DNA of 64,000 bases from Lama glama (taxonomy: Eukaryota). Within the stretch, counting starts at the first letter, position 1. Every line of letters starts with the position of its first letter. Made by a program: the position numbers and the translations under genes. Shown piece after piece: positions 14,671-26,247 of this stretch. Under the pieces are notes generated by a model that saw only the letters and a list, made by a program, of their open reading frames with translations, searched no databases and was not told the DNA's origin. The DNA is taken from the NCBI GenBank assembly GCA_028534125.1, contig CM052818.1:34846001-34910000 (forward strand). The letters are read 5' to 3'.

Positions 14671-16039
14671 TCTGTATAAGCATTGCTATTGATATGAAAG
14701 AAACAAGTCAACACTGTCCTCTGTTCTGATTTTGATACGTTGTACATTCTGGGTCTCTAGAATAATGGTCTTTCCATTTTCTAATGTTTTACAACCTTGG
14801 ATGCTGTGTTTCTGGGTCATATTGGAAACTTAGTGTTCCATCACCAGTTGCAGTTTTCCTAAAAAACACGGGTTTTCATCTCTGAAAAGGATAAACATCA
14901 AGCAATCACTTTTGCCTGTAACCCAAAATACATGGCACTATCTTCAAAGAAAATATTTCTCTCATTTCAGACTTCCCTTCAGATGAGTTTTCTTCACCAA
15001 AATTTTACTCTAATCATCTTTTCAAATTCCAATTCTTATAATCCAAATTTAAATAACTTTATTTCATTAACCCCCCATATTCACTTTTTTGAAGGAAGCA
15101 AATCCATGACCTTTACTGTTATCAGTCTTATGGGTTCAGACAATGTTCTCAACACTCTACAGCTCCTTTACACTCTTCCTTTATGACTGAACCATCTCCG
15201 TAAGCAGTTTTCCCATGCAGATCTCTTTAGCTAATCATTCAATTTCTATTTTGTGCTAAATAACGGTCTCCTATTTGTAAATCAACACTCAACAAGCCTC
15301 TATTTCTCTCTTAATCACAGCTGCTACCACAGCACTGACTGGGCATCTCTGTACTGTTAAAAGTTGAAGCAGACTGTCAGTATTTCTCCTATCATTCTTT
15401 CCCTTTTACAAACCAAATAGGAATATCAGAATTTCCTTTGCCACATCTAGTACACCATTATACACCATAATTCTTGCAAATAATTATTTCTAATATTATC
15501 AGCTCAGCTCTGCTATGTTATGCTCTAAGTTTGCAAAGGACAAGTAACCTGAACAAACGCCTAGATATTCGGTGCTGAGACTTGTTACTTCTCCACTTCT
15601 GTCAAAACAAAGACAAAACAGCAACAACAAACCACTGCAACTCCACTTTTCAAACTGAAATTGATGAGTAGGAGAATCATGCTATCATTAATTTTGTTTT
15701 CAAATAAAACAATGAAATTCTCAGGATGTGAAACAGGGCCATGAACACGACTGGATCTAGATTTTAGTCAAAACTCTTTCACTAATTAGCCATATAATCT
15801 TTTGGAAATTACTTCACTTCACCAGCCTCCATTTCCTGACTCTTAAACAATTCATTGCAGGGTTCTTTCCTGTTAATATTCCATGATGCTAATATTCCAA
15901 GTTCTATGTAGATACACACAGCAAAAAGACAAACCTGCTTTCAGTATGCAAAAGTACAGACCAGTGATACTAAAGCATGAGAAAGTGAGGAGCTATCTGT
16001 GACTAAGTACTCTTTTAGAGAGCTGCATCAAGCGTCACA

Positions 16040-17110
16040 CACGCACAAAATTTACCAACATTACCAGTTTTAAGTGTATAGTGCATAGTGTAAGTGTATA
16101 GTCTTACGTATATTCACATTGTGCAAACAGACCTCCAAAACTTTCTCATCTTACAAAATTAAAACTATATCCATTAAATAACTCCCTATTTCCCCCTCCC
16201 CCCAGCCCCTGGGAGACTATCATTCTTTCTCTCATTCTACTTTGTTTCTATGAATTTTATAACTTTAAATACCTCAAATAAGTGGAATCTTGTAATACTT
16301 GTCTTTTTATGCATTTTAACCTTTTTCAGTGTACCATTCAGTGGCATTAAATATATTCACATGGTTGTGCAACTATCACCACTATCCACCTCCACAACTT
16401 TTCATCTTCCCAAACTGAAACTCTGTAGACTTTAAGCAATAATTCCCCATTAACTGAAATTCGGTACCCATTAAGCAACAACTTCCCATTACTCAGTCCC
16501 CAAGCCCTGGAACCACTATTCTACTTTCTCTATGAACTGACCTACTCCAGGCGTCTCATGTAAGTGATTTTTTACAGTATTTGTCCTTTTGTGCCCGACT
16601 TGTTTCACTCGGTGGTGTTTTCACAGTTTACCCATGTTGTAAAATCTATCAGAATTTTATTTCATTTTAAGGCTGAATAATAATATTCCATTCTATGTAT
16701 ATCCTACATTTGGTGTATCCATTCATCTATGGACATTGGGGTTTTTTCCACTTTTTGGCTATTGTGAATAATGCTGCTAAACAGACAATAACAAGTATGG
16801 GTGAGGATATGGAAAAATGGAACCTTGCTGCAGTACTAGTGAGAATGTAAAACAGTGCAGCCATTGTAGAAAACAATATGATGGTTTCTCAAAAAATTAA
16901 AAATAGAATTATCACAAGATCCAGGAATTCCACTTCTAGGTATGTACCCCTAATTGTATGAGGAAGTTCATTTTTTATGTCAGTCATCCTAATGAGTGTG
17001 AAGTAACATCTCACAGTGCTTTTGATTTTTATTTCCCCAGTGACTAGTGATGTTGAACATCTTTCCATGTGCTTATTTGCCATTTGTGTATCTCCTTTGG
17101 GAAAATATCT
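16040..17110 (-). mobile_element. L1MB-like fragments with an internal inversion
   Basis: Minus-strand L1 3'UTR motifs (CACATGGTTGTGCAACTATCACCACTATCCA; GATGTTGAACATCTTTCCATGTGCTTATTTGCCATTTGT). Confidence 0.82.
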
Positions 17111-18549
17111 AGTTTTTAACCAATACTAAAAATGTGTTCAAATGAAAGAAAGTCCTTATACATTCTGGCATTCCTGCAGCATGAGCTACTGCCTGAGTAG
17201 TCCACATATATTTAATGCGAAAAGGTTTTGCTCGCTTCTCTCAAAAGCAGCTTCTCCATAATGGGCTGTTCAATTTAATCAACCAATTCTCAAATGCAGG
17301 TTAGTGGAGCAAAAACACTCAGAAAGACAACAAAAAGGATGCACAAACATTGTAACTCTCCCAGAAGCAAGAGCGTTTACCAATTCAATTTTTTGCAAAG
17401 AACCCAAAGAGATGGGAATTCCACTTCCCATTGAAAGATGTTCCCTACAGAAAAGGTATGAAGTCTAGGGGTAGGGGAAGGATTAACACCACCAAAAGGT
17501 AACATTTTCAGTAAACCAGCCCACTAAAAATTTCTGCTTTGGGACAAGTCCATACAAGTACCATGTCACTAAAGGGTAATGCTTTCCTGAGCTCATACTG
17601 CCAAGAGGGTTATATCCAAAACTACCAATGAAATCTGCTCATCCAAAACCAGTTAACTATCTTTATCAAATACTTTTCAAGCAATCTTTGGATTTCCAAG
17701 ACCAGTTTTATCTTAAAATTATTCTATTAGCCAAACAGCTAATATTCTTAAGTAAAATCTGATTCCAATCTACTACACATATTTAATGCTCAGAAAATAA
17801 ACAGAAGGGAATTTACTAAAATAAAACTAGCCAATTCTACGTTAGAGGATCCTGATTATAATTACTACTTATAATTACTACCTGTCTGCCTGCCTTCATT
17901 CCGTATTTATCATGCACTGACTAAATGCAGGGACTCTTCTAGGTACTTAGCAACTATTGGGGCGGGGGTGGGGTGGGGTGGAAGGGAGACAGCTCTCTGA
18001 TCCTGTGTAGCTTATACTCCAGTGCCCTTGTATTCACTTTGAGATTGGTGAGTGTGGAACATACAAGTAATTCATTTTTGCAACTGTCTGCAATAAATCT
18101 GACCATAAATGTAATTTCTGATATAGATGTATGGTAATTGAAAGTATACAGAAAAAGTGAAACACAATAGTCTTTGTGAGTACTGTAAATAAGCACCATA
18201 AACCTATAAAAATTCTTCCTTCCAAGAATCAATAACCAACAAGTAAAATGATTGTGCCTAAAATGAGGGCTGTGGCCTTATATCAGCAACTTGGCCCTTC
18301 TAAACCCCTGCAAGGTAACTACTTCTATTTAAACTTCTCAAAAAAGAAGTTTTGGCAGTCAAGTCACAACTCAAATTTCAGTATCATTCATAATTAGTGA
18401 ATGCTCTAGATTAAAAAAAAAAAGCAAAGCAAAACCAAAAAAACTCATAGTCAACTAATGAAATTTAAAACGTCCTAAAAGTAGTATACATTCCCAGTAT
18501 CTCTAATCATCTGCAGATTAACCAACTGGCTAGTATATACTGTTTAGAC

Positions 18550-18809
18550 ATGCATTGTCTAATATGGTAGCCACTAGCCACATGTGACTAATGAGCACCT
18601 GAAATGTGCCCAGTCTGAACTGAAATGAGCTGTAAATATACACAACAGAGAAAAAAGTAAAATAGCTCAACTATTTTTTAATCTTGATTACACAACAAAA
18701 TGTAAGACTTTGGATGAGTTAAAATATATTAAATACTTCTTTTACTTTTTTAATGTGGCTACTAAAAAATATTATCTACATGACTCATATTTCTTTTGGA
18801 TAGCACTGG
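18550..18809. mobile_element. MER3/MER33-like hAT-Charlie MITE
   Basis: TTGTCTAATATGGTAGCCACTAGCCACATGTGACTAATGAGCAC...TTGGATAGCACTG. Confidence 0.72.
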
Positions 18810-21049
18810 TGCAAGACAACAGCAGACTTCGAAACCTGCGCATAGAGCCAATACATACAACGTGCCGGAGCTGTACTCAGAATTTTATACTCATGTATTT
18901 ATTTACTTCTCAGCTTACACTGTTCAACATATCTTACATATCAAAATATCAAACATTTTTACATCAAAATATGAAAATTCCAGAGTCTAAAGTGAAAAAG
19001 CAGAGCACTAACAAATATTTGAGTGACCATCTCGTGCAGGGCATTCAATCCATAAAGTAACTTGTTCTGCCACACTTAGGCAGCATAAGAGTCACATTTC
19101 AGTATATAGCTAATATGCATGCACTGTCTTCCCACAGTATGTCTGGCACCATTCTAGGCGCTTTGCTTTCATTTACCCATAAAATCCTCACAAGTACCCT
19201 ATGCAGTAGATACTATTGTTAACACTATTTAAAGAAGAAACTCAAAAAGACAGAGATTAAGTAACTTGCCATAGGCCTGCAACTAACAATCTGTGTAACT
19301 AGGATACCAACCTAGCAGGCTTGATCCAAAATCACCACACGTTTTCCCTAGTGAAAAGACTACACAAGAAGATTATGTCATTATCTTACAAGACTGGGTT
19401 TTAGTTGTGGGTATACACCGATTACAAAAAGACTGGAGTAGATGAAGTTAATGTTTTGCTTCCTACTCTCCACCCCTACCCTTCTCAATGGCAGGTTAAA
19501 GTTGACCACATGAATTAAATCCCTGATCTTACTACAAGTTTATTCTACACTCCCTTTTCCAGAAAGGCCCTATCCCACTCCTCTGGTCCAAATCCTATCT
19601 GTCCTTCATTTCATTTTAGACACCATCTCCAAGGAAGCCTACTCAGATTCCCCACCCCTACAAAGGCTGATCACCCATGCTCCCTATGCTTACCCACACT
19701 GTAGCACTTTCCACACTCTACTGTGATTGTCCTCACTAGACTGCTCAAGAGGTCCATTGGGTTCACCACTTATCTATCCCCAGTGCCTAAAACCGTGCCT
19801 AGCATTAGGTGTTCGGTAAATATTTGCTGAACTAACCACCTGACCCACCCAGCTATAGCTAAAAGTGGAATATTAAAAGTAAACTTAGTGGTAGGAAGTG
19901 CTAACCCACAGGCAGAGCACAAGATCTAAGTTTCATGAAATTTATGACAGGTCTGAGAACAGCATGACTTTCAGGAAATAATGATTACAAAGGCCCCTCC
20001 CCCCAAATAAGGGAGTAAAATAAAAATCTATTTAAAACTATCACTTGCCCGATTTAATTTCAGCATAGTTCATTTAATCAGAATGAATTAAGCAGCTGAT
20101 AAATATTTATCATGACATCCAAATCAACGATTCTAGTATGAAGTAAATTATTTGAAATCAGTTTACTTTTGACAATTCCCAGAGTTCAAAGCCTGCAATT
20201 GCTTTTTAAAAATCACCTCAATATAAAAGTAGTTATACTTAAAGATGAGTTTCATTGCCCTCCCCTACGTTGCGTGCTGGGCCCCAAGTGACAGGGATAA
20301 CCATATATGTGTCCTTTAAGATATTTATTGTGCGTGGGAGAAAAAAAGTTTCACAGACAACTCATTTAACACAATTTGTGTTAATGCCACTAAATTTTCT
20401 CAGCAGAGTCACAAGGGACTTTCCTAGAGCCTTCCCTTTTCTTTTCCTAAAGGGGAAACCTATTTAAAAGGTCAGTCTTTAGCTCTTACTTACACACTAA
20501 ATAATTCTGAAACATGAGGTGAAAGTATATTCAAGGCTATGACTGGCAAAACACTTCCCTGTAAATTCTAGCGTAAAATAGAAGGGAGAACTTCATTCTT
20601 TAGGGTTCGAGGACAGAAACTGATCATCTCCATCAGATTCCTGAATCTGTTGATGTCTCGAAGAGCACTGAGCAAACAAGCCATGAAGTCCCACCCCAAG
20701 CACGAAGAGCCTCCGATTGTCTGACACATCAATGGATTAGTCAACGTGGGGCAACTCACTTCTAGAACTCCCTTCTAATTTGTTTTAATGACTCCTAACA
20801 CAAATCCTCAGGTTTCCTCTAAGTTACGACCATATGGAATCTTCTCTCTGCTCTCAAGTATAAATTCAGGCCTTTACCAAATGATTCCTACTATTTCAAT
20901 CCCAGTCACCAAAATAAATCCCTTACAAATACCGTACATCTAGTAACGCCACACAAACATGGAAAAAGCCAATTCCGTTGCTTAAAGAAATAGGGTTCTG
21001 GAACGCTGCTAATGCTGCACATTTTGTAACAGCAACACTGAGCAGAGTG

Positions 21050-22800
21050 GGAGACGTGAAAGCAAAAGACCGGATGGAAAGCATGGGAAGACCCCGCCCC
21101 AGAAAGCTCGATTCAAACAGTTACTTGGGTCTGTCGCTTGGAATCGGAATCACTGAAACAAAGGCGTATATTACGGGAAACAAGATGTCTAGAGTAAAAG
21201 AAACCATTTGCAGCTGCAGAGACCGTATACCATCCTCCCACAGGTCTTACCTATGGTGGAAATAAAGGTGGTATTGAAGGCATCATCCGAAAAACGAAAA
21301 AGGACGCAGGTCTTCCCCACTCCCGAGTCCCCGATCAGGAGCAGCTTGAAAAGCAGGTCGTACGTCTTCTTCGCCATTGGGAGGAGCGGCTCAGGCTCTC
21401 GCCGCCGGCGGCCCCAAGGGATCGGTCCCTCTCACTACGGCCAACTCCTCGCCCGGGCGTTCTCAGGCCGGAGGACCGGGGAACCGTGGGAAAAAGGAGG
21501 GCTCGAGAGGGCGCGGACGACCTAGGAACGACCTCCTCGAGGAAGCCCCGACGGTGGCGGCGTCCGGTGCCTCTGAGGGCGGCGACCGCAGCTCCGCAGC
21601 CTCTCCCAGCCGCTCCGCCCGGTTCCGGGGAGTCGGTCGGGACAAAATGGCCTCCCCTCCCCCCTCAGGGCTGCTCGGCCGGGACGCTCCCACGGGCAAG
21701 CGAGCAAGCTCAGCCGTCGAGGGAGCGCAGCAGGCGTGAGGACAGTCTGTCTCCCGAGCAGCAGTCCACGCTAGGACGCGGCGACGGCAGCGAAGGCGGA
21801 CACCGAGCCGACGAGCTCAGCTACATAGCCACAGGAAGCCAAGCCGCCCGGGCCAGAGCCACCTTTTCCCCGTGCCCTCTCACGCCGGCGTGCGCGCTGC
21901 CTGAGACGCACGCAAGGACGTACGCCCGCCCTCCCCTCGCGCCCTCGCCCTGCGGTCCTCCTCTGCGCACGCGCGCCAGAGGGTGTTGGGGCCCGCGGGG
22001 GCGGAGAGTGGCGCTCTAGGTCTCTGAGCCTCTGTCCAAGGCCCCGCGGAGACGAGAGAGGGGTGGGGCGAGAGAGGGCGAGGCCTCGGGCGCGCTCCCT
22101 GTGACCGCCTGATAGGACGCGCGGTGTTACGAGCCCGCCCTGCGGGGAGGCGCTGCCTAGTGACTGCGCAGGCGCGGCACGCTGGAGTAGCCCTTTGACA
22201 CCCCTCGTTTTCCTTCCTGTGGTCGCTTTCGGGGCTGTGCTAAGGATGCTTCGAGCCGCGTTTGACGTGTGTGTCTAGCTGAGGGTTTCGGCGCAGCCAC
22301 GGGCTTGGGTGGCCGTATGTCCCTGTGTAGCTGTAGCTCGTAAACGCGAGAAAAAGTAACGCCCTGGGTCATTTAACAGCCTCTTGGCTAAAAGGAGGCG
22401 AACCCTGGAGTGCCCTCCTCGAGGCTGTGGTGACAGGGGAAACATTACAGCTTTATCCTGGTTTACTTAAGGAGCAAGAGTTGGCGTTCAAGAGAGCAGG
22501 AGTTTGAAATGGGAAAAATTGGCCACGCTGCTCGGGTTGGGATGATGTAATCTGTCTTGGAGGGCGAGGAGAAGAGGGCCGAGAATACCTGGGCGCAGGG
22601 AGAACCTCCCCGCCAAGTGGAAGCGTAGGTACTCTGCTCTGCTTAGAGAACCCGGTATAGAACTTGGCCGTCCTTTCGGAATGGGGAGAGCCCGAGAGCA
22701 CTGTACGGAGGAAGCGGGGCCCTTCCCTGCCGCCAAAGTCGAACCACGAGTGTCCCAACCCCAACCCCAAGCTGCCTCTCTCTTGCACTTTCTTTTCATA
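21050..22800 (-). promoter_or_regulatory. RAB10: RAB10 CpG-island promoter and GC-rich 5'UTR
   Basis: Dense CpG/GC sequence around exon 1. NRF1-type TGCGCAGGCGCG at 22165-22176, YY1-type CAAAATGGCC at 21643-21652, GC-box-like GGGTGGGGCG at 22061-22070, ETS-like ACAGGAAG at ~21831. The exact TSS cannot be read from sequence. Confidence 0.88.
21251..21377 (-). CDS. RAB10: RAB10 small GTPase, coding exon 1 (42 codons + 1 nt)
   Basis: Translates [43 protein letters not shown], the RAB10 N-terminus with P-loop GDSGVGKT. It ends at a canonical donor ATAG|GTAAGA (intron starts 21250). I did not find exon 2 (GIDFKIKT...) in the window, so 1-21250 is taken as intron 1. Confidence 0.97.
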
Positions 22801-23780
22801 CGCGTACCATCCTTCCTTCCCTCTCTCCCTATCAGTCTTTTGTATACCTCCCCTTTCCAATTCCTTTCTGTGGTTTAAATATTCGTGCTCCTGCCCTACC
22901 TTTCTCGGTATGCTTCACTGCTCCAAAGCACACCTAGGATGTGATGGCAGAATAGTTGAACCTGGTGGGCTGGTTCAACCTGAAACGGGAGAATACTCTG
23001 AGCCGGGAGAATATCCTGAGACATCTGGAAGGCAAGAAACAGAATGGAGAAAGAAGTAAAAACAGCACTTTTACACCCTACCACCACCACCAAAATGTTT
23101 GTGTTTTTAATACGTAATTAAAATTAGTCTTTCAGGCAGTTACGATAATCATATTTCAGTCTCCCAGTCTTTGAAGACTTGTCTTAGGGTCCTCCTTCCC
23201 AACCACCCCTAAAGCTTTATTACTGAAGACGCTCGTCTTCTCTGATATATCTTGCTTTTCAGTTTGTTTCTGTGATTGCTCTTGCAACTTAAACTTACCC
23301 TCTGTGAATCATTCTTTCTCCAGTTGGGAATGTCTTGTTAGGGTAATACCAACAATTCTAAGGGAGCCTAGACATGCAAATCACAAAATGAGCTATGTTC
23401 AGTGCTTCACAGTTTTGTTTTCATGAATTCAGTAATAACATTTAGCACCTCAGGAAAATCTTCAGTGTTAGCTTGATTCTTCCTTTCGAGATAGTTTGAT
23501 TGACTCAAGCCCCAATGTTGTGAAGCATTTTAGAAATGTTATGATTTTTAAATGTAGAATGCCTCATTAATTCCACTACATAAATGTTGGGGATAGTGGG
23601 CAGCTAAAAATGAAAAATAATTTTAAAGAATCATTCTTTATCACAGTCATTTCCAACAGTTTTATCAATTAGAGCCTTTTCTCCACGAACTCAATAATCT
23701 GGAGCTTTAGGAATTAATTATACTTACAAATTTTATTTATTGGGTCAGGATCTTAGAAGTTTAGAGCTGTCATATCTTTT

Positions 23781-24354
23781 TTTTAAATACCATTATTGCG
23801 GTATGGTTCCTGTACAGTAAACTACACATATTGCAGATGTACAATTTGATGAATCTTGATAGACACATAAATCCATGTAACAACCACCACAATCAAGATA
23901 GCTAACATTTCCATCATTCCCCAAGAGGTGCAAATTTCAAACTCCTGATTTATCCCTTCCCACCCTCCTTAACCCCTGGTAATCATAAGTTGTTCTCTAT
24001 GTCTGTGAGTCCGTTTCTGTTTTGTAGGTACATTTATTTGTGTCCTTTTTTTAAGATTTTTTAAATTGATGTATAGTTGATGTACAATACTAAGTAAGTT
24101 ACAGGTGTACAATATAGTGATTTGTAATTTTTAAAGGTAGTACTCCATTTATAGTTATCATAAAATATTGGCTATATCCCTTGTGTTGTACAATGTATCC
24201 TGGTACTTTATTTTATACCTAATAGTTTGTACCTCTTAATCTGCTACCTCTGTATTGCCCCTCCTCCCTTTCCTGTCCCCACTGGCAACCACTAGTTGGT
24301 TCTTCATATTCTTGTGAATGTTTCTTTTTTGTTATATTCACTAGCTTTTTTGTA
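23781..24354 (-). mobile_element. Composite L1 insertion (three L1 pieces within one TSD)
   Basis: Perfect 19-bp TSD TAGAGCTGTCATATCTTTT at 23762-23780 and 24355-24373, with poly-T at the left end. Confidence 0.82.
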
Positions 24355-24475
24355 TAGAGCTGTCATATCTTTTATACTTTTTCTTCTTTTTTCGCCCCAC
24401 CCCTGCCCAGCCCGTGGGAGTCAGGGCTTTAAAACTCCTTTAATTTTTTTGTTGTTGTCATTGTTGCTGCACATT

Positions 24476-24610
24476 TTGGTTTTGGTTTTGGTTTTGGGGA
24501 CGGTAATTAAGTTTATTTACTTATTTATTTTAATGGAGGTGCTGGGGATTGAACCTAGGACCTCATGCATGCTAAGCACACACACTACCACTGAGCTGTA
24601 CCCACCCCCC
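24476..24610 (-). mobile_element. tRNA-Ala-derived SINE (Vic-1 type)
   Basis: Same head and tail motifs as the other copies, on the minus strand. Confidence 0.88.
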
Positions 24611-25357
24611 ATTAGAGTAGTCATGTCTTTTAAATCACAGTTCAACACTTGCACTTAATTTATAGATGTCTAAGGTTCAGAGAGGTTAGGGACTTGCTAG
24701 AGGTCACCCTGGTAGTGGCAGAGCCAGCACTATATGCCCAAGGAAAAAGGGAAGAAAACCTCCACAGGACATCATATTATGTGAAGGTGAGAATTGGAAG
24801 GCTCAGCTAGGACTTAGTTTTTGGCTTCCCTAAAGTTCATTAAAGGTTTTGCTGGAGTGAAGCCTAAGCCTTAAGCCACCTCTACCACTGAAGCCTCTAG
24901 AGTGATCAAGGCATGATCTCTGAGTCTAGAAAAAAGAATAAAGGGGGGGTCTTTGCAGGCCTAAAAGGTACACCTAGAGTTGTGAAGTAATATTTGATGA
25001 CTTGAAACTTAGTGAAAGAAAATACCAATGCAATACCAGCTTAGGGTTTATACCTTTTTTTAAAAATTACTCTATACAGAATCTAATCCAAATGTTTGCA
25101 AAGCCAAGACAGAAAATAGTTATATTTACATGTCCATGCTAGAAGTAATTATTTTTATATTTTTTCTGGAAAACACACGGCTGGCCAGCTTATGGTTCCA
25201 AGTCTTCAGTTTCAACTTTCAGGACCTGCCTCAAAAGATATTGATTCAGGATCATCTTTATCACTCTTCCCACGTATATTTTCCAGCCTCTCTACCTTAT
25301 TTCTTCCTCTTTAATTCCTCTGCACCTTGCTCTCTGTCTTCTTAAGAATGGATTCTT

Positions 25358-25528
25358 ATACTTACCTGGCAGGGGAGATACCATGATCACGAAGGTGGTT
25401 TTCCTAGGGAGAGGCTTATGCATTGCACTCCAGATGTGCTGACCCCTGCGATTTCCCCAAATGTGGGAAACTCAACTGCATAATTGGGGGGGGGGGGCTC
25501 CGTTCACACTTTCCCTTAAAAAAAAAAA
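25358..25528 (+). pseudogene. Retroposed U1 snRNA pseudogene
   Basis: ATACTTACCTGGCAGGGGAGATACCATGATCACGAAGGTGG... matches U1 over essentially its full length and is followed by an A tail. TSD AAGAATGGA(T/C)TCTT at 25344-25357 and 25529-25542. The Sm-site region is replaced by a G12 run. Confidence 0.95.
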
Positions 25529-26247
25529 AAGAATGGACTCTTCCCTTGAATGACAGCCCCACTGCTACTGCTACATCATCACCTTGCTGTAGAAAGTACC
25601 CCTCTGGTCTCTGGAACTTTGCCTATTCACAACTGCATGGTTCACACTCCCATGCTTCCCTCAGGGCCTCCCTTGAGGTCATTGACCTTCCTGATGCTGA
25701 GGACTGATTGCCCAGAGGCTACCACTGTTCTTATCACCCTAGCCTGCCTACTCTGCCTGAATATCTTTAGTCTTACCTCCTTTTAGAGTATTGCCTCCTG
25801 AACCTTCCCCAGCACATAGGTTGTGTTTGTTCTAGTCTCCTCTAGTGATAACTCCGTTCTGAAGTGTTGGCCTCCTCAGCTGACACTAAAAGGGCTCCAG
25901 GCCCTGGCCAGTTAACTTTATCTTTTCTACTCTCTCTCTCACACACTAGTCTCTAGACAGGCTGAATTAGTTGTCTTCTCACAGTGACTATATAGCGTCT
26001 TGATTTCATGCTTAGTTGAATGTAAAATGCGCCCTCTGCTCACCCCAACTACATTCCTTCAGTGTCTACGTCCTCACCCTAGCCTGTCCTTCCCAGCACT
26101 CTCGAAAGAAGGAATTTCTTCTTTAAACTCCCATAGCACTTTTAAAAATCAAGTATGTTTCCCCATTTTCATTTCCACAAATAATACATATTTATTTTTA
26201 GAAACTTAGAACCTACAGATAGGCAAAACAAAAATTTTAATTATTGA

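Noticed and set aside
21189..21250. C-terminal part of the 62-aa RAB10 ORF (KTCGRMVYG...)
   Set aside because: Intronic read-through beyond the G|GTAAGA donor.
1..21250. RAB10 exon 2 or an embedded gene/snoRNA in intron 1
   Set aside because: No GIDFKIKT-coding sequence or recognisable RNA gene found by eye; the listed ORFs are short and AT-rich or repeat-derived.
22987..23021. 18-bp tandem repeat CGGGAGAATA(CT/TC)CTGAG within ORF 22664-23059
   Set aside because: A simple two-copy local duplication; no evidence of coding or regulatory meaning.
21208..23093. ORFs of 100-177 aa around the RAB10 promoter as a divergent gene
   Set aside because: Low-complexity Pro/Arg/Gly products typical of CpG islands, mostly non-ATG starts, and no convincing exon structure.
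25358..25528. Functional U1 snRNA gene
   Set aside because: A tail, TSD and destroyed Sm site indicate a retroposed pseudogene; I recognised no PSE or 3' box.
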